From: a virus
Taxonomy: Duplodnaviria > Caudoviricetes
Strand: one strand, 5' to 3'
DNA: 53,425 nucleotides
IMG/VR virus record: IMGVR_UViG_3300031972_002039
Coordinates: 1-53,425 of that record
Shown here: positions 1 to 9,568 of the stretch, piece after piece
Layout of the letters: each line of letters begins with the position of its first letter
How positions within the stretch are numbered: position 1 is the stretch's first letter
The notes under the pieces: generated by a model
Told to the model about the DNA's origin: nothing
Databases searched by the model: none
The model's input: only the letters and a program-made list of their open reading frames with translations
Program-made: the position numbers and the translations under genes

Positions 1-159
1 ACCATCACTAGTCACTACGGTAACACACGAACTTACTTTAAAAATAAGCTAGGTCGTATCAGAGAACGATTCAACAACTGTGCTGATAGTCAGTTCTTTG
101 GTCTAGATACCAGAATTAGTAATCTCGATCTGAAGTGTATGACTGTAGAGCTTCATTAA
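1..159 (+). CDS. hypothetical protein, 3' end (partial)
   Basis: Frame 1 is open from base 1 to TAA at 157-159. Confidence 0.6.
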   Translation, partial: TITSHYGNTRTYFKNKLGRIRERFNNCADSQFFGLDTRISNLDLKCMTVELH

Positions 160-181
160 TCAAAAATCCAAAACAAGCGAT

Positions 182-412
182 ATGTTAAAAGTAGAAATCG
201 AAAACGCCACGTACAATGGACAGGTGCAACATCACATCATGATGATTGTGAACCTAGTAAAGCAGTATGACACGTTGCAAAGTTTATATGCGGCTATAAA
301 GCGTGATGCTAGCGAATATTTCTCATTGTCTTATTACAAGGGTGGTAGTCATGTTGCGATTATGGCGCGCAATGTACCAGCTAAAAGAATCTTATTAATC
401 ACTGAACGGTAA
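182..412 (+). CDS. hypothetical protein
   Basis: 76-aa ORF in a co-directional run. Confidence 0.7.
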   Translation: MLKVEIENATYNGQVQHHIMMIVNLVKQYDTLQSLYAAIKRDASEYFSLSYYKGGSHVAIMARNVPAKRILLITER

Positions 413-433
413 TCAATCAATCAATCAATCAAT
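411..433. repeat. (AATC)5 microsatellite
   Basis: aatcaatcaatcaatcaatcaat between two ORFs. Confidence 0.9.
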
Positions 434-436
434 AGC

Positions 437-694
437 ATGAGAATCCAAAACATACCAAACCGGGCAAATGATGAGTGTTACGAAGCGTCCGTCATCGGGA
501 GTAAGCAAGAAGTAGAAGCATATAGCGCATTCTCAGCATTCACTACCGACTTTATAGAAGAGGAGGGGGATGGTAAATTTTCCATAACCGTGATGAGTAG
601 TTGGTTCGTCAACAAGAAGGAATTTAAGGACGAGCTAGTTCAGGATTTGAAGAAATTTAGAGCGTTCCTAGCTACGAAAACTAATAATATTTAA
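437..694 (+). CDS. hypothetical protein
   Basis: 85-aa ORF. Confidence 0.7.
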   Translation: MRIQNIPNRANDECYEASVIGSKQEVEAYSAFSAFTTDFIEEEGDGKFSITVMSSWFVNKKEFKDELVQDLKKFRAFLATKTNNI

Positions 695-769
695 GATATG
701 AAATATCCAATCGACATAGTATTGCTAGGATAGAAGATTGGATCGCCAAAAACGTATAAACCGTACAAG

Positions 770-1507
770 ATGAAAAAGGTAAAGAAATCATACGCGCTAG
801 ATTACGACAGTGCAGGTAACGAGATCAAGGCTGGTGATGTACTAGTCAAATTCGCCGACGGTCGATGGGTGGAATTCCCCCCCGTCAAGGAAGCAGAGGA
901 TACTAGTTTATACGTCGAGACTAAATACGGAATGTTATCTAGTTCGTTCGTTAGTAATGACTGCCGTATAGCGGTCGTAAAAGTCAAGCAAGCTGGTAGT
1001 CTTCGGGGTGTCGCAAAAATTAACTCATCAAACGTGTTACGTAACGACATGTTAGGTACGACGCTGAAGGAAGGTGATGTGATCCACATAGACATGTCTG
1101 GTACTGATACCTACGGTAGACCAACGATCTACGAGTACCCACCCGTCCGCCGAGCATTGACAGGTGAATTATTCATACAAATAGACAAAACATTCGTACG
1201 TAACACGGTTATAGCTGGGAGTGGTGTTGTCGTACGTAATGTGTTGGGGGATGTCGGGGAGGGTGCCATGAGTGGCGAGTTATCGAAGGATGGTGTTAGA
1301 ATACTCGAAGGGAATAGGTACATCGTATCCAATGCTGACTCGTCATTAAAGTTCGCATGCATTAAGATACTCGAAATAACTTCCATGACAATCGCGTATA
1401 AATACTCCGATAACGACGGTAAAGTACACCGATCCGCAATCAGCGATTTTCTAGACTCAAAAACTTTTTTAGAACGATTAGTAAATAAAAATTTACCACA
1501 CAACTAA
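770..1507 (+). CDS. hypothetical protein with internal repeat (D.xG.xI/LxxGDV...E[FY]PPV), possible amber-interrupted N-terminal extension from 698
   Basis: 245-aa ORF with two similar units, DSAGNEIKAGDVL..EFPPV and DMLGTTLKEGDVI..EYPPV. Confidence 0.75.
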   Translation: MKKVKKSYALDYDSAGNEIKAGDVLVKFADGRWVEFPPVKEAEDTSLYVETKYGMLSSSFVSNDCRIAVVKVKQAGSLRGVAKINSSNVLRNDMLGTTLKEGDVIHIDMSGTDTYGRPTIYEYPPVRRALTGELFIQIDKTFVRNTVIAGSGVVVRNVLGDVGEGAMSGELSKDGVRILEGNRYIVSNADSSLKFACIKILEITSMTIAYKYSDNDGKVHRSAISDFLDSKTFLERLVNKNLPHN

Positions 1508-1512
1508 GACCT

Positions 1513-1914
1513 ATGCAGACACAACAAGAACGTATAATAGATTCATTCGTAGATTCCCTTAAAGAGCATTTCGATGCCAAAGCACGTGAGGGTAAGAAGT
1601 ATGTATTCAAGTTCTTCGTGAAAGGAGAATTCTACGGCTATCATCAATCGACACTCGGGCAGGTCACTACGGACGTAACACGTGCCAAGCGATATCCCGC
1701 TGGTAAGTATCAACAATCACAACTCGAGACGATTGCCGAGAATGCACTATCGAGACTGATCCGTGCGAAGACTGGTGACTGGGAGGGGAGGGATATATCG
1801 AAATCCATCTACGAGACTTACTGGGAGGGTGTTGATCCTGACGATCTGTTCATCGACTTCGAGTACATACCTGACGATGCGGAACCACACACATTCACTT
1901 TTACTAAATTATAA
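1513..1914 (+). CDS. hypothetical protein
   Basis: 133-aa ORF. Confidence 0.75.
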   Translation: MQTQQERIIDSFVDSLKEHFDAKAREGKKYVFKFFVKGEFYGYHQSTLGQVTTDVTRAKRYPAGKYQQSQLETIAENALSRLIRAKTGDWEGRDISKSIYETYWEGVDPDDLFIDFEYIPDDAEPHTFTFTKL

Positions 1915-1918
1915 TAGT

Positions 1919-2269
1919 ATGCGGATTGTAGAAAGAACAGAATTACCAAAAGATTACCACGACATGATGGTACTCGAATCGCACCACGATCACGCCATTA
2001 TCGAGGATGATAATGGCGTGTATAGGTGGGAAGAAAATACAAGCCTACGCGATTTCTTGGATGGCAAAGTTAACCTCAACGACGTCGTCGTGTTACTACG
2101 AATCTTGGGGTATGATAAGAATAGTGAGGTGTATCGGAAATGTTATCGAGATTTAGGGTATTCGTTGTCTGGGTATTATGATATATTTCACTGGGAGATG
2201 AATAATCCTGACGTGGATGACTATGTACCACACGTCCTAGTTCCTGTATGTAAAAAAAAAAATTCCTAG
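1919..2269 (+). CDS. hypothetical protein
   Basis: ORF 1763..2269 restarted at ATG 1919 (MRIVER) to avoid overlap. Confidence 0.7.
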   Translation: MRIVERTELPKDYHDMMVLESHHDHAIIEDDNGVYRWEENTSLRDFLDGKVNLNDVVVLLRILGYDKNSEVYRKCYRDLGYSLSGYYDIFHWEMNNPDVDDYVPHVLVPVCKKKNS

Positions 2270-2276
2270 CATTAGC

Positions 2277-2459
2277 ATGCCTGCCGAGTTAACTGCTGAA
2301 AATGGGGCGAAGGCACTCATGGTGGGTGAATTTTTCGAAGAGCACGAATTTAGTTATTACGACTCGGAGGGTGAGTTAGTAGAATACACTACCAAGATAC
2401 CAGTGAGTTGGGATACCATTAAGAGCATATATAAAAAACTTGTAGATCATTATAGATAG
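2277..2459 (+). CDS. hypothetical phage protein
   Basis: 60-aa ORF with a motif seen in phage hypotheticals (LTAENGAK..GEF..VSWDTIK.IY). Confidence 0.7.
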   Translation: MPAELTAENGAKALMVGEFFEEHEFSYYDSEGELVEYTTKIPVSWDTIKSIYKKLVDHYR

Positions 2460-2557
2460 TAAAATACCAACAAATAAATTCGTTTGTTAAAAAAGTTTTT
2501 TATATATTTGGTGTTCAAGGGCGGAGATAGTTCCAACTTAATATTAAATATCTAATT

Positions 2558-3016
2558 ATGAACAATCAGGAAATCAGAGAATTATTCGTATCAATGGAAA
2601 CTGCAAAACTAGCTAGAGAAGCTGGATTTGCTATCGTTTGTTCATCTTACTATGTGGTTTATAATGAAACACGTGAGTCCGAAAATCCAGCATTTAAGAT
2701 GACGCGTGGTGAGGTTGAGGTGCAGTGCGATCCACATATGAATGGTTACGGTCGCCAACCATCGCACTACAGTACATATAGTCGCCCAACTATGTCTCTA
2801 CTTCAATCTTGGTTGCGTGCGAAGTACAACATTCAAATTAGCACTAATCTACACTATAAGGTGGGTGGTGGAATTGCTGGATATTTAGTCGACGTATCTC
2901 ACCCATATGGAGAGATTGACACCATAAATTTGTGTGGGGACGATTATGCAGATGTTCTAGACCGTGGATTATCATCGGCATTAAAGACAATAAAACTTAA
3001 CGATGAAAGAAATTAA
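2558..3016 (+). CDS. hypothetical phage protein
   Basis: 152 aa, VS.ETAKLA.E.GF...PT.SLLQ.WLR motif, downstream of TATATTTG at 2503-2510. Confidence 0.75.
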   Translation: MNNQEIRELFVSMETAKLAREAGFAIVCSSYYVVYNETRESENPAFKMTRGEVEVQCDPHMNGYGRQPSHYSTYSRPTMSLLQSWLRAKYNIQISTNLHYKVGGGIAGYLVDVSHPYGEIDTINLCGDDYADVLDRGLSSALKTIKLNDERN

Positions 3017-5189
3017 AGACATTAAGCCATTATACGACCGCGACACTGTTGGTCTAGAAATTATTAACGCAGAAGATTTTAGAGGATCGATGTTAGCGCG
3101 TGTACTTAATCTAGGTTCACTCAACGAACGGTTAGCGCATGGCGTGGGACATTATCGTAAATCTGTTGACATACCAACGGCGTCTGGAATAGAGACGACA
3201 TACGAGACTGTCCCGATCATGCAAATTACACCAACCTCTGACGAAGACGAACTACATACGAGACTAGCTATGCTCGAGTTCATGGAAAAAAACAGTCGGC
3301 GTAAATTCGCAAAACCTAGTAGATACGCTACTGCCATCCCCGACACTCCAGAGCACAATATGGAGTTCTTCAACAAATACCTACGAGAAAAACCTAATAT
3401 TTCAGAGTATACACCTTTAGTAATATTGAATACAGAGTTCAGCAAGGTTAAACATCGTGGGTGTGAGCGTCTAGAAGATTTTCGACAACAACTTGGTAGG
3501 GTCGACGAAATGTTAGCTCTAGAGCATGAGGTACAAAAGCACGTCCTCGAGGTATGCTCCAACGCTGGCGAGTATGTAGGATTAGCTACCGTCACGATCG
3601 GTACTAATAAATTATACATGGGTAAGTACGACGAACATGTGGAGCGTGTAATTTCGGTAACGAGTAATTTAGGTGTAGGTATTACGCATACGAGTAAGCT
3701 ATTCCAAATGCCGAGATATGAACTACCATCGTGGGTTAGTAAGGTAGCACCAAAGCGTTGGGCGTCACGGTACGTTTCAGGTGTCAATAAAATCAGGCGT
3801 GAAGAATTTTACGGTGATACGCTCATATCGGATATCAATACGCATAATATCGACAAACATATTCGTGATATAATTACCAATTTAATCGACCACAACAATG
3901 GCGAGACGATTGAGGGATGGGATGATACGATCAATCAAACAGTCAAGCGACCAAACCCACTTATCGCTAAACGTGTCCATCGATATTCGGTATTGTCACA
4001 GTTCGATCGGACGCATGGAACGTACCAGCTTAAGAAATTGCAGCAGACTGGTCGTGCTATAAAATTTAGCGTAATGTATCACATCCATCCAGATAGAGTA
4101 GAATTAACGTTTAATGGGTTTATAGCAAAAACTACCCGCGAAGTTTCGAATATTAAACAAACGTATGGGCACCTGCTAGGTGATAGGGTTATGTCTAAAT
4201 TTGAAGAGTTTCGGGACGATATGGTACGTATTGGTGATCGACATATCAGTGAGATAGGTATGCGATTGATTGGATTATTTACGCATCCAGTAGGTCACGA
4301 TTCCAGAGCTATGATTGTGGATAGGGGTAGTCGTATTAGTGGTGACGTATTCAATAAACACATACCATCACTACAAGATTACGAACCCGTCAAGGAGAGG
4401 ATAGCCAAGCTATCCGAGTGGAGATCGTACATATTTGAGAATATCAATTATCTCAATGGGTATGCCATGATCCACGATCATTTCAAACCTTATTATGGAT
4501 CGTACAACATTACCCTCCCCGACTTAGTACGTGACGGTAAAAAAGCGTTGACGTTCGAGAATCTTTTACCTGTACATCTAATCGATCAAGAAAACGTGAG
4601 TACGGGTAAGAAGCACACGTTTGAAAATTTAAAAGCAATCACATCACTAGATTCGTATGGGGCAAACCTTGTCGTCCTTACGGGTCAAAACGCTGGTGGT
4701 AAGTCGGTCGCTCTAGAGACGATCGTCAATACGACGTGGTTAGCGCATTGTGGGGTACCAATATTTGGTACTTCGTTCAAATTTAATGTACGACAGTCGA
4801 TGGGTATGTGCTTTTTGTCGAGAGGTAAGGGATCGACTATGCAACTCCAGAGTCAAAAGATCACGAATATACTTCGAGCGTTCAGGGATATTGACGATCC
4901 TGACAAATGCTTAGCTATTATCGATGAGCTTGGTACTGGAACGACACAAGAAAACAGTATATATGATCCATCTGGAGGTTATGGGTTCGGTATAAAGATA
5001 TTGAGTGCGTGTAAGGATTATGATACGATCATTTCTACCCAGATTACGAGCTTAGCAGAGTTTGCTGAGGAGGAATTCGACGCAATATCGTACAAATTCG
5101 ACAACGATCACAACATTTCCATGGGTATAGGTAAACCAGATTTAAACAAACTTATTAAAGATACAGGATTAGATGAATTCATTTTTTAA
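3003..5189 (+). CDS. MutS-family ATPase (C-terminal MutS domain V)
   Basis: Walker A LTGQNAGGKS, AHCGVP, GSTMQ signature and Walker B IIDELGTGT in the C-terminal third. Confidence 0.8.
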   Translation: MKEIKDIKPLYDRDTVGLEIINAEDFRGSMLARVLNLGSLNERLAHGVGHYRKSVDIPTASGIETTYETVPIMQITPTSDEDELHTRLAMLEFMEKNSRRKFAKPSRYATAIPDTPEHNMEFFNKYLREKPNISEYTPLVILNTEFSKVKHRGCERLEDFRQQLGRVDEMLALEHEVQKHVLEVCSNAGEYVGLATVTIGTNKLYMGKYDEHVERVISVTSNLGVGITHTSKLFQMPRYELPSWVSKVAPKRWASRYVSGVNKIRREEFYGDTLISDINTHNIDKHIRDIITNLIDHNNGETIEGWDDTINQTVKRPNPLIAKRVHRYSVLSQFDRTHGTYQLKKLQQTGRAIKFSVMYHIHPDRVELTFNGFIAKTTREVSNIKQTYGHLLGDRVMSKFEEFRDDMVRIGDRHISEIGMRLIGLFTHPVGHDSRAMIVDRGSRISGDVFNKHIPSLQDYEPVKERIAKLSEWRSYIFENINYLNGYAMIHDHFKPYYGSYNITLPDLVRDGKKALTFENLLPVHLIDQENVSTGKKHTFENLKAITSLDSYGANLVVLTGQNAGGKSVALETIVNTTWLAHCGVPIFGTSFKFNVRQSMGMCFLSRGKGSTMQLQSQKITNILRAFRDIDDPDKCLAIIDELGTGTTQENSIYDPSGGYGFGIKILSACKDYDTIISTQITSLAEFAEEEFDAISYKFDNDHNISMGIGKPDLNKLIKDTGLDEFIF

Positions 5190-5436
5190 AAACGCGGCAA
5201 AATGGGTTGCCATGCAAATTTTACCAGCGTATTTCACTAGAATATTACGCAGATACATGTTTCGACGTTCATTTCGTGATGATTGTCGCAAAAAACGCAT
5301 ATCAGATCATGATCATGTACTCTTAGAGTACGGTGACGAGCTCATAAACGAGTTCATTACCAATGGTTACAGTGCTCAGGAGGAAAAAATTGCTCGAAAA
5401 ATCAGAAATTACATGCAAAAACACGATCTATTATGA
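5173..5436 (+). CDS. hypothetical protein
   Basis: 87-aa ORF overlapping both neighbours. Confidence 0.6.
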   Translation: MNSFFKNAAKWVAMQILPAYFTRILRRYMFRRSFRDDCRKKRISDHDHVLLEYGDELINEFITNGYSAQEEKIARKIRNYMQKHDLL

Positions 5437-5990
5437 AAAAAGCGAATGTAGTTAGCAATCTTAGGGATCAATTTCTCGAACATTTGAAAAAATTGGACAA
5501 ATCTGGCTATATAGCGGGTATATATTACCATTTGTTCTCCATGATGTCCCCAGATACGTTCGATATGCACATAAAGTACACGTACAACGTCTATAAAGGC
5601 AACGATCCACACTTTAAGGACGCTGGTAAGGATCAGTGGTTCATGATTTTCCATAAAAGTATCCGTCAAAACGATTTTTTTACGGATTGTTACCATCGAA
5701 TTAGTATGTCACTCCTCACGGACGATGAATTAGTGGAATATAAGTACTTAAGGCACCGTTTTAGGGTCGAGAAGGCAGATAAGCGTGATGAAAATGGATT
5801 TTCCGAAGAATATAAGCGATATATGACGTTATTGGAAGTACAACAACGCCAAAAACACGATAAATCAATATCAGGACACCTCGATATGCTATTGTGGAGC
5901 GTAATTCAGCTAGATACCGACTTATTACATGATTCGTTAACACGTTTGTTCCTAGATATGGATCGAAACCAAAAAAACACAAAAATATAA
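5433..5990 (+). CDS. hypothetical protein
   Basis: 185-aa ORF with ATGA overlap. Confidence 0.7.
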   Translation: MKKANVVSNLRDQFLEHLKKLDKSGYIAGIYYHLFSMMSPDTFDMHIKYTYNVYKGNDPHFKDAGKDQWFMIFHKSIRQNDFFTDCYHRISMSLLTDDELVEYKYLRHRFRVEKADKRDENGFSEEYKRYMTLLEVQQRQKHDKSISGHLDMLLWSVIQLDTDLLHDSLTRLFLDMDRNQKNTKI

Positions 5991-5994
5991 CACA

Positions 5995-6264
5995 ATGACT
6001 AACGATACTGCAGAATTTAAGAAAATTAAGGACGAATTTAGGGAGTTTTTAGTCGCCCATAATATGTTTGGAAAGTATAGTAGAGAACTTAAAAAGCAAA
6101 ACGATAGGAAGTTTGCTGAACAGGTTCGCTATTCGGTTGAACATAACAATACACAAAACCTAATACTGAATGCATTCACGTGGGGTAAAGAAGAGAGTGG
6201 TCACGACCATTGGTATAAACTCCACGTAAAATGGCAAGAACGTAAATTGTATGATCATGAGTAA
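5995..6264 (+). CDS. paralogous small protein, copy 1
   Basis: FREFL...FG.Y...AF.W..EE.GHD.W motif shared with the next three ORFs. Confidence 0.8.
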   Translation: MTNDTAEFKKIKDEFREFLVAHNMFGKYSRELKKQNDRKFAEQVRYSVEHNNTQNLILNAFTWGKEESGHDHWYKLHVKWQERKLYDHE

Positions 6265-6541
6265 ATATAGTAAGGAAGAACAACAGCAAAAGAATCAATT
6301 CAGAGATTTTCTAATTGAGCGAGGCGCATTTAAGAATTTTTGCCGAGAAATTAAAGCACATTCGGGTTCGCGTATGACGTTTGGGGAGTTTGTCCGAAAC
6401 ACCATGGAGGAGCATGGTACTCTCTTTCTGGGTATCGATTGCGCATTCCTGTGGGCAATCACCGATCAAGGTTTATCATATTGGCAGGTAATTGCTCAGA
6501 CGTGGCGTGATCGACTCTCGGAATTATCAGACGAAAAATAA
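6257..6541 (+). CDS. paralogous small protein, copy 2
   Basis: MSKYSKEEQQQKNQFRDFLI start; AFLW..T..G..YW. Confidence 0.8.
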   Translation: MSKYSKEEQQQKNQFRDFLIERGAFKNFCREIKAHSGSRMTFGEFVRNTMEEHGTLFLGIDCAFLWAITDQGLSYWQVIAQTWRDRLSELSDEK

Positions 6542-6546
6542 TAAGC

Positions 6547-6837
6547 ATGAAACATATAGAAGAAGATCAACACATAACAGAAGATCAAATTACGCAACAT
6601 AAGCGAGAGCTTAGGGAGTTTCTAATTGAACGTGGAGCGTTTGGTAAGTTTAGTAAAAATCTTAAGAATAAGAAGGGTAGGCGATTTGGCGCACACGTTC
6701 GTCGCATCTTGGATGGACAGCATAAACCGACATCCTTTATATCAGGTGCATATACATGGGGTGAAACTGAAGAGGGAGATCAATATTGGCGCGATCTACA
6801 TAACGAATGGGAAGAACTAAACAATCACTATGAGTAA
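6547..6837 (+). CDS. paralogous small protein, copy 3
   Basis: LREFLIERGAFG...AYTW..TEEGD.YW. Confidence 0.8.
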   Translation: MKHIEEDQHITEDQITQHKRELREFLIERGAFGKFSKNLKNKKGRRFGAHVRRILDGQHKPTSFISGAYTWGETEEGDQYWRDLHNEWEELNNHYE

Positions 6838-7096
6838 ATATAGCAAGGAAGAACAGCAGCAAAAGAATCAATTCAGAGATTTTCTAATCGATCGTAAAAT
6901 ATTTGGAGAATTTTGTCGGGAGCTTGATGTGCGATCTGGTAGAAAATTCGGAGAATATGTTAGAAGTGAATTTACTACACGGGGAACCTTAAAATACTCA
7001 ATCGGTCATGCGTTCCGATGGCAGGCGAGTGATCGTGGGTTTGATTTCTGGGATCGAACTGATGATACATGGATGTCGCATCATCAAAATAATTAG
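6830..7096 (+). CDS. paralogous small protein, copy 4
   Basis: Same N-terminus as copy 2; AFRW..S..G..FW. Confidence 0.8.
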   Translation: MSKYSKEEQQQKNQFRDFLIDRKIFGEFCRELDVRSGRKFGEYVRSEFTTRGTLKYSIGHAFRWQASDRGFDFWDRTDDTWMSHHQNN

Positions 7097-7104
7097 ATAA
7101 AAAG

Positions 7105-7135
7105 TTGTGTACAAATATAATTATTTGTATGTTTG
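7105..7135 (+). promoter_or_regulatory. Bacteroidota-type sigma70 promoter
   Basis: TTG-N20-TATGTTTG. Confidence 0.55.
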
Positions 7136-7157
7136 ATCATAATTAAAATACAGATTA

Positions 7158-7424
7158 ATGCATAAAAAATATAATGAACGTTTCTGGATCATCTTAGCTA
7201 GTGTGATTATTTTTATAATCGACTGCATAACAATTAGGCATTTGTACCTGATAGTGCTCCACGATTACCACAGAGGTGATTGTGATTGGGTGTATTGTAA
7301 TCCAGATCACTTCGCCATCACTGGAGTTCAGATATTTTCCCTCTCGATAGGTATATCTGCACTTCTTATAACATTCATCTGGACACTGGCTAAGTTACAG
7401 TCACTGTTCTATAAAAATCATTAA
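7158..7424 (+). CDS. two-TM membrane protein
   Basis: Two hydrophobic segments. Confidence 0.7.
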   Translation: MHKKYNERFWIILASVIIFIIDCITIRHLYLIVLHDYHRGDCDWVYCNPDHFAITGVQIFSLSIGISALLITFIWTLAKLQSLFYKNH

Positions 7425-7425
7425 C

Positions 7426-7587
7426 ATGGGAAAGATAGTAGCAAAAACATTTTCGTCGGATAAGGAAATGAGTGATTGGTTAGTCGCTGGAGACTTTGAC
7501 GAGATCAAAGAAAAGTACTCGCCATCCGAATATAAGGCTGAAGTTCATTTAGCCGATCGTCAAGTTATTGTTGAAAAACTTAAGTGA
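7426..7587 (+). CDS. small hypothetical protein (53 aa, MGKIVAKTFSSD...)
   Basis: Read by hand; fills the gap exactly and its TGA overlaps the next ATG. Confidence 0.65.
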   Translation: MGKIVAKTFSSDKEMSDWLVAGDFDEIKEKYSPSEYKAEVHLADRQVIVEKLK

Positions 7588-7868
7588 TGGAACGTAACAA
7601 TTCACACGAATACCTTAGCTTTAAATTCGGCGGTCTTAAGGGGTGATATGTTGATCCAAAATCAAATCCAGAAGCTTTCAAAATGTTGGAAAGGTTACAG
7701 TCTTCTGACAGTTGTGGCGGATTTGGTGAAACGCTCAATCTAGAGCAGCGTAAGGATTTATGCGACCTGATCGACGTGTTCGATGGTGAATTTGTAAACC
7801 AGTTCCATGGACATGGAATGACTAAACAACAATCTAAGAATTATATAATAAATTATGGCAACGAATAA
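7587..7868 (+). pseudogene. hypothetical protein with in-frame TGA at 7644-7646
   Basis: ATG 7587 gives MERNNSHEYLSFKFGGLKG*YVDPKSNPEAFK, continuing in frame into ORF 7683..7868. Confidence 0.55.
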
Positions 7869-8502
7869 AAAACCATTTACATGTAAATCGGTTGGTACAG
7901 GTCATCTTAAATTCAACCAACCAGTCGTTCAAATGCGTCCGACTAAGTTCCTCTTAAAAGAGGATGGTGATCTTAACGATAAGCCAGTATTCGCGATCGT
8001 CATGGAAGCCCCTCCCAATCATCGAAGTGCAGGCATACAAGTTGTAGGACAAATATCCTTAGCCATGCTAAACGACGGTCTTTCGGATATAGGATACCAG
8101 ATGGTCGAATACGCTACACCACACATTCCACCTAGTGTAACTGTGAGTGAGGATAATTCAGGTAAGTACCGTAAGATGATATACACAGTCGACGGGCATG
8201 AACCAGTAGAATTCATAAATGGTGTGCAGCGAGCTGAGGAGTATTCTCCCGACAAATTTAAAATACCCACTCAAGGCGAAATAAATAAGATCAACACTGG
8301 GGATTACGTCAAGGTTGGTATAAAATTCCCAGACATGGCTGAACGATTTTGGTGTGAGGTAGTTGAGTGTCGTGGTGACGTGTTCTCAGTTATTTTTGCT
8401 AACGACTTAGTAACATCACACCCAACCGATCCAGAATTAATATTTGATATACATAAAGATTTTATAATCGGGGTTTACGAACCTCAAACACTAGGAATAT
8501 GA
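7855..8502 (+). CDS. hypothetical protein, C-terminal DUF2314-like motif
   Basis: GDYVKV...ERFWCEV...FAND motif. Confidence 0.65.
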   Translation: MATNKKPFTCKSVGTGHLKFNQPVVQMRPTKFLLKEDGDLNDKPVFAIVMEAPPNHRSAGIQVVGQISLAMLNDGLSDIGYQMVEYATPHIPPSVTVSEDNSGKYRKMIYTVDGHEPVEFINGVQRAEEYSPDKFKIPTQGEINKINTGDYVKVGIKFPDMAERFWCEVVECRGDVFSVIFANDLVTSHPTDPELIFDIHKDFIIGVYEPQTLGI

Positions 8503-9017
8503 AGCATAGACAATTTGAATCAGAAAATGTTGAAGTTGGCGAAAGAGAAGCTGCCATCATATCGTCAATCTCCGAACGCATACGGAATGGCGGTCGGGTA
8601 GTTATAAACATCGAATTCACATCAGATGAAGCAGCTCAGAATAAGCGTAAGGAAGCTGGGTTGGAAGAAGAAAGTCCAGTGGAAGGTGCGATGGCATTAG
8701 GTTTGAATGTTGAGATCGAAGGGCAACGTGAGCAGTTAGGTATGTTACTTAAAACTGTTTATGATACCGACGAATCAGTCTTCGAAATTATACATACGAT
8801 AACTGAAGCGTATAAAACAGCATTTAAGTCTAGTAAAAATCAGCTCAATCAGTTGAGGGAAGTTATAGACGAGATGACCGATACGTATCGGGACGACAAT
8901 CAACTCAAACAGTTGAGAGACGTTATTTCAGGTATGGTTGACTCATATCGGGATACTGATGGCGACGATGATGACGATGATGATAGCGAGATCGGTAATT
9001 TACTCAGAGGTAAGTAA
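8499..9017 (+). CDS. acidic hypothetical protein with short tandem repeat
   Basis: NQLNQLREVIDEMTDTYRD / NQLKQLRDVISGMVDSYRD and a poly-Asp tail. Confidence 0.75.
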   Translation: MKHRQFESENVEVGEREAAIISSISERIRNGGRVVINIEFTSDEAAQNKRKEAGLEEESPVEGAMALGLNVEIEGQREQLGMLLKTVYDTDESVFEIIHTITEAYKTAFKSSKNQLNQLREVIDEMTDTYRDDNQLKQLRDVISGMVDSYRDTDGDDDDDDDSEIGNLLRGK

Positions 9018-9074
9018 CTTGATATAAAAAAATTCTTCTATCCTTGGTGCTAATTAACCAATAAATGACTAACT

Positions 9075-9341
9075 ATGAATGTACTACAATCTAAACCACT
9101 ACCCGCGACGATAAAAGTCGGTGATCATATGACGCGCGTACTAGGTGGTGTAGTCAAAATGCCCGTAACAGTCGGTGCCATCGATTCGATTCGCGTGTGG
9201 GTCGGGGCTGGTCATGCGCACATCGATGCTGATAATGCTGTACAAAATGGATGGTGTTTTTTGCGTTCGACTGGTGGCGAGGTAGATGATGATCTTAAGT
9301 GGGATGGTGTGACAAAAACTGGTTCATATTTAATCAAATAA
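9075..9341 (+). CDS. hypothetical phage protein
   Basis: 88-aa ORF, W.F...TG.EVDDDL.W motif. Confidence 0.7.
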   Translation: MNVLQSKPLPATIKVGDHMTRVLGGVVKMPVTVGAIDSIRVWVGAGHAHIDADNAVQNGWCFLRSTGGEVDDDLKWDGVTKTGSYLIK

Positions 9342-9343
9342 TT

Positions 9344-9568
9344 ATGGGAAAACATTACGATAGAGAATTTTACGAAGTTGATGTTGCAGAAACTAAACAC
9401 AATTTTACGGCAATTACCGACACACCCGATGGTGTGTTGACTAAAGGTGAAGTGTTTGATTGTTTTGATGGATTAGTTTCTGGAGTTTCTAGTTACCGAT
9501 TCGATGACACCCAGTTTTTCAAGTACACTCCACAAAAATGTATTGTTCGACAAATACAATGTAAATGA
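9344..9568 (+). CDS. hypothetical protein
   Basis: Restarted at ATG 9344 (MGKHY). Confidence 0.6.
   Translation: MGKHYDREFYEVDVAETKHNFTAITDTPDGVLTKGEVFDCFDGLVSGVSSYRFDDTQFFKYTPQKCIVRQIQCK

Noticed and set aside
411-433. (AATC)n as a phase-variation switch
   Set aside because: It is intergenic and short, with no evidence it changes a frame or promoter spacing.
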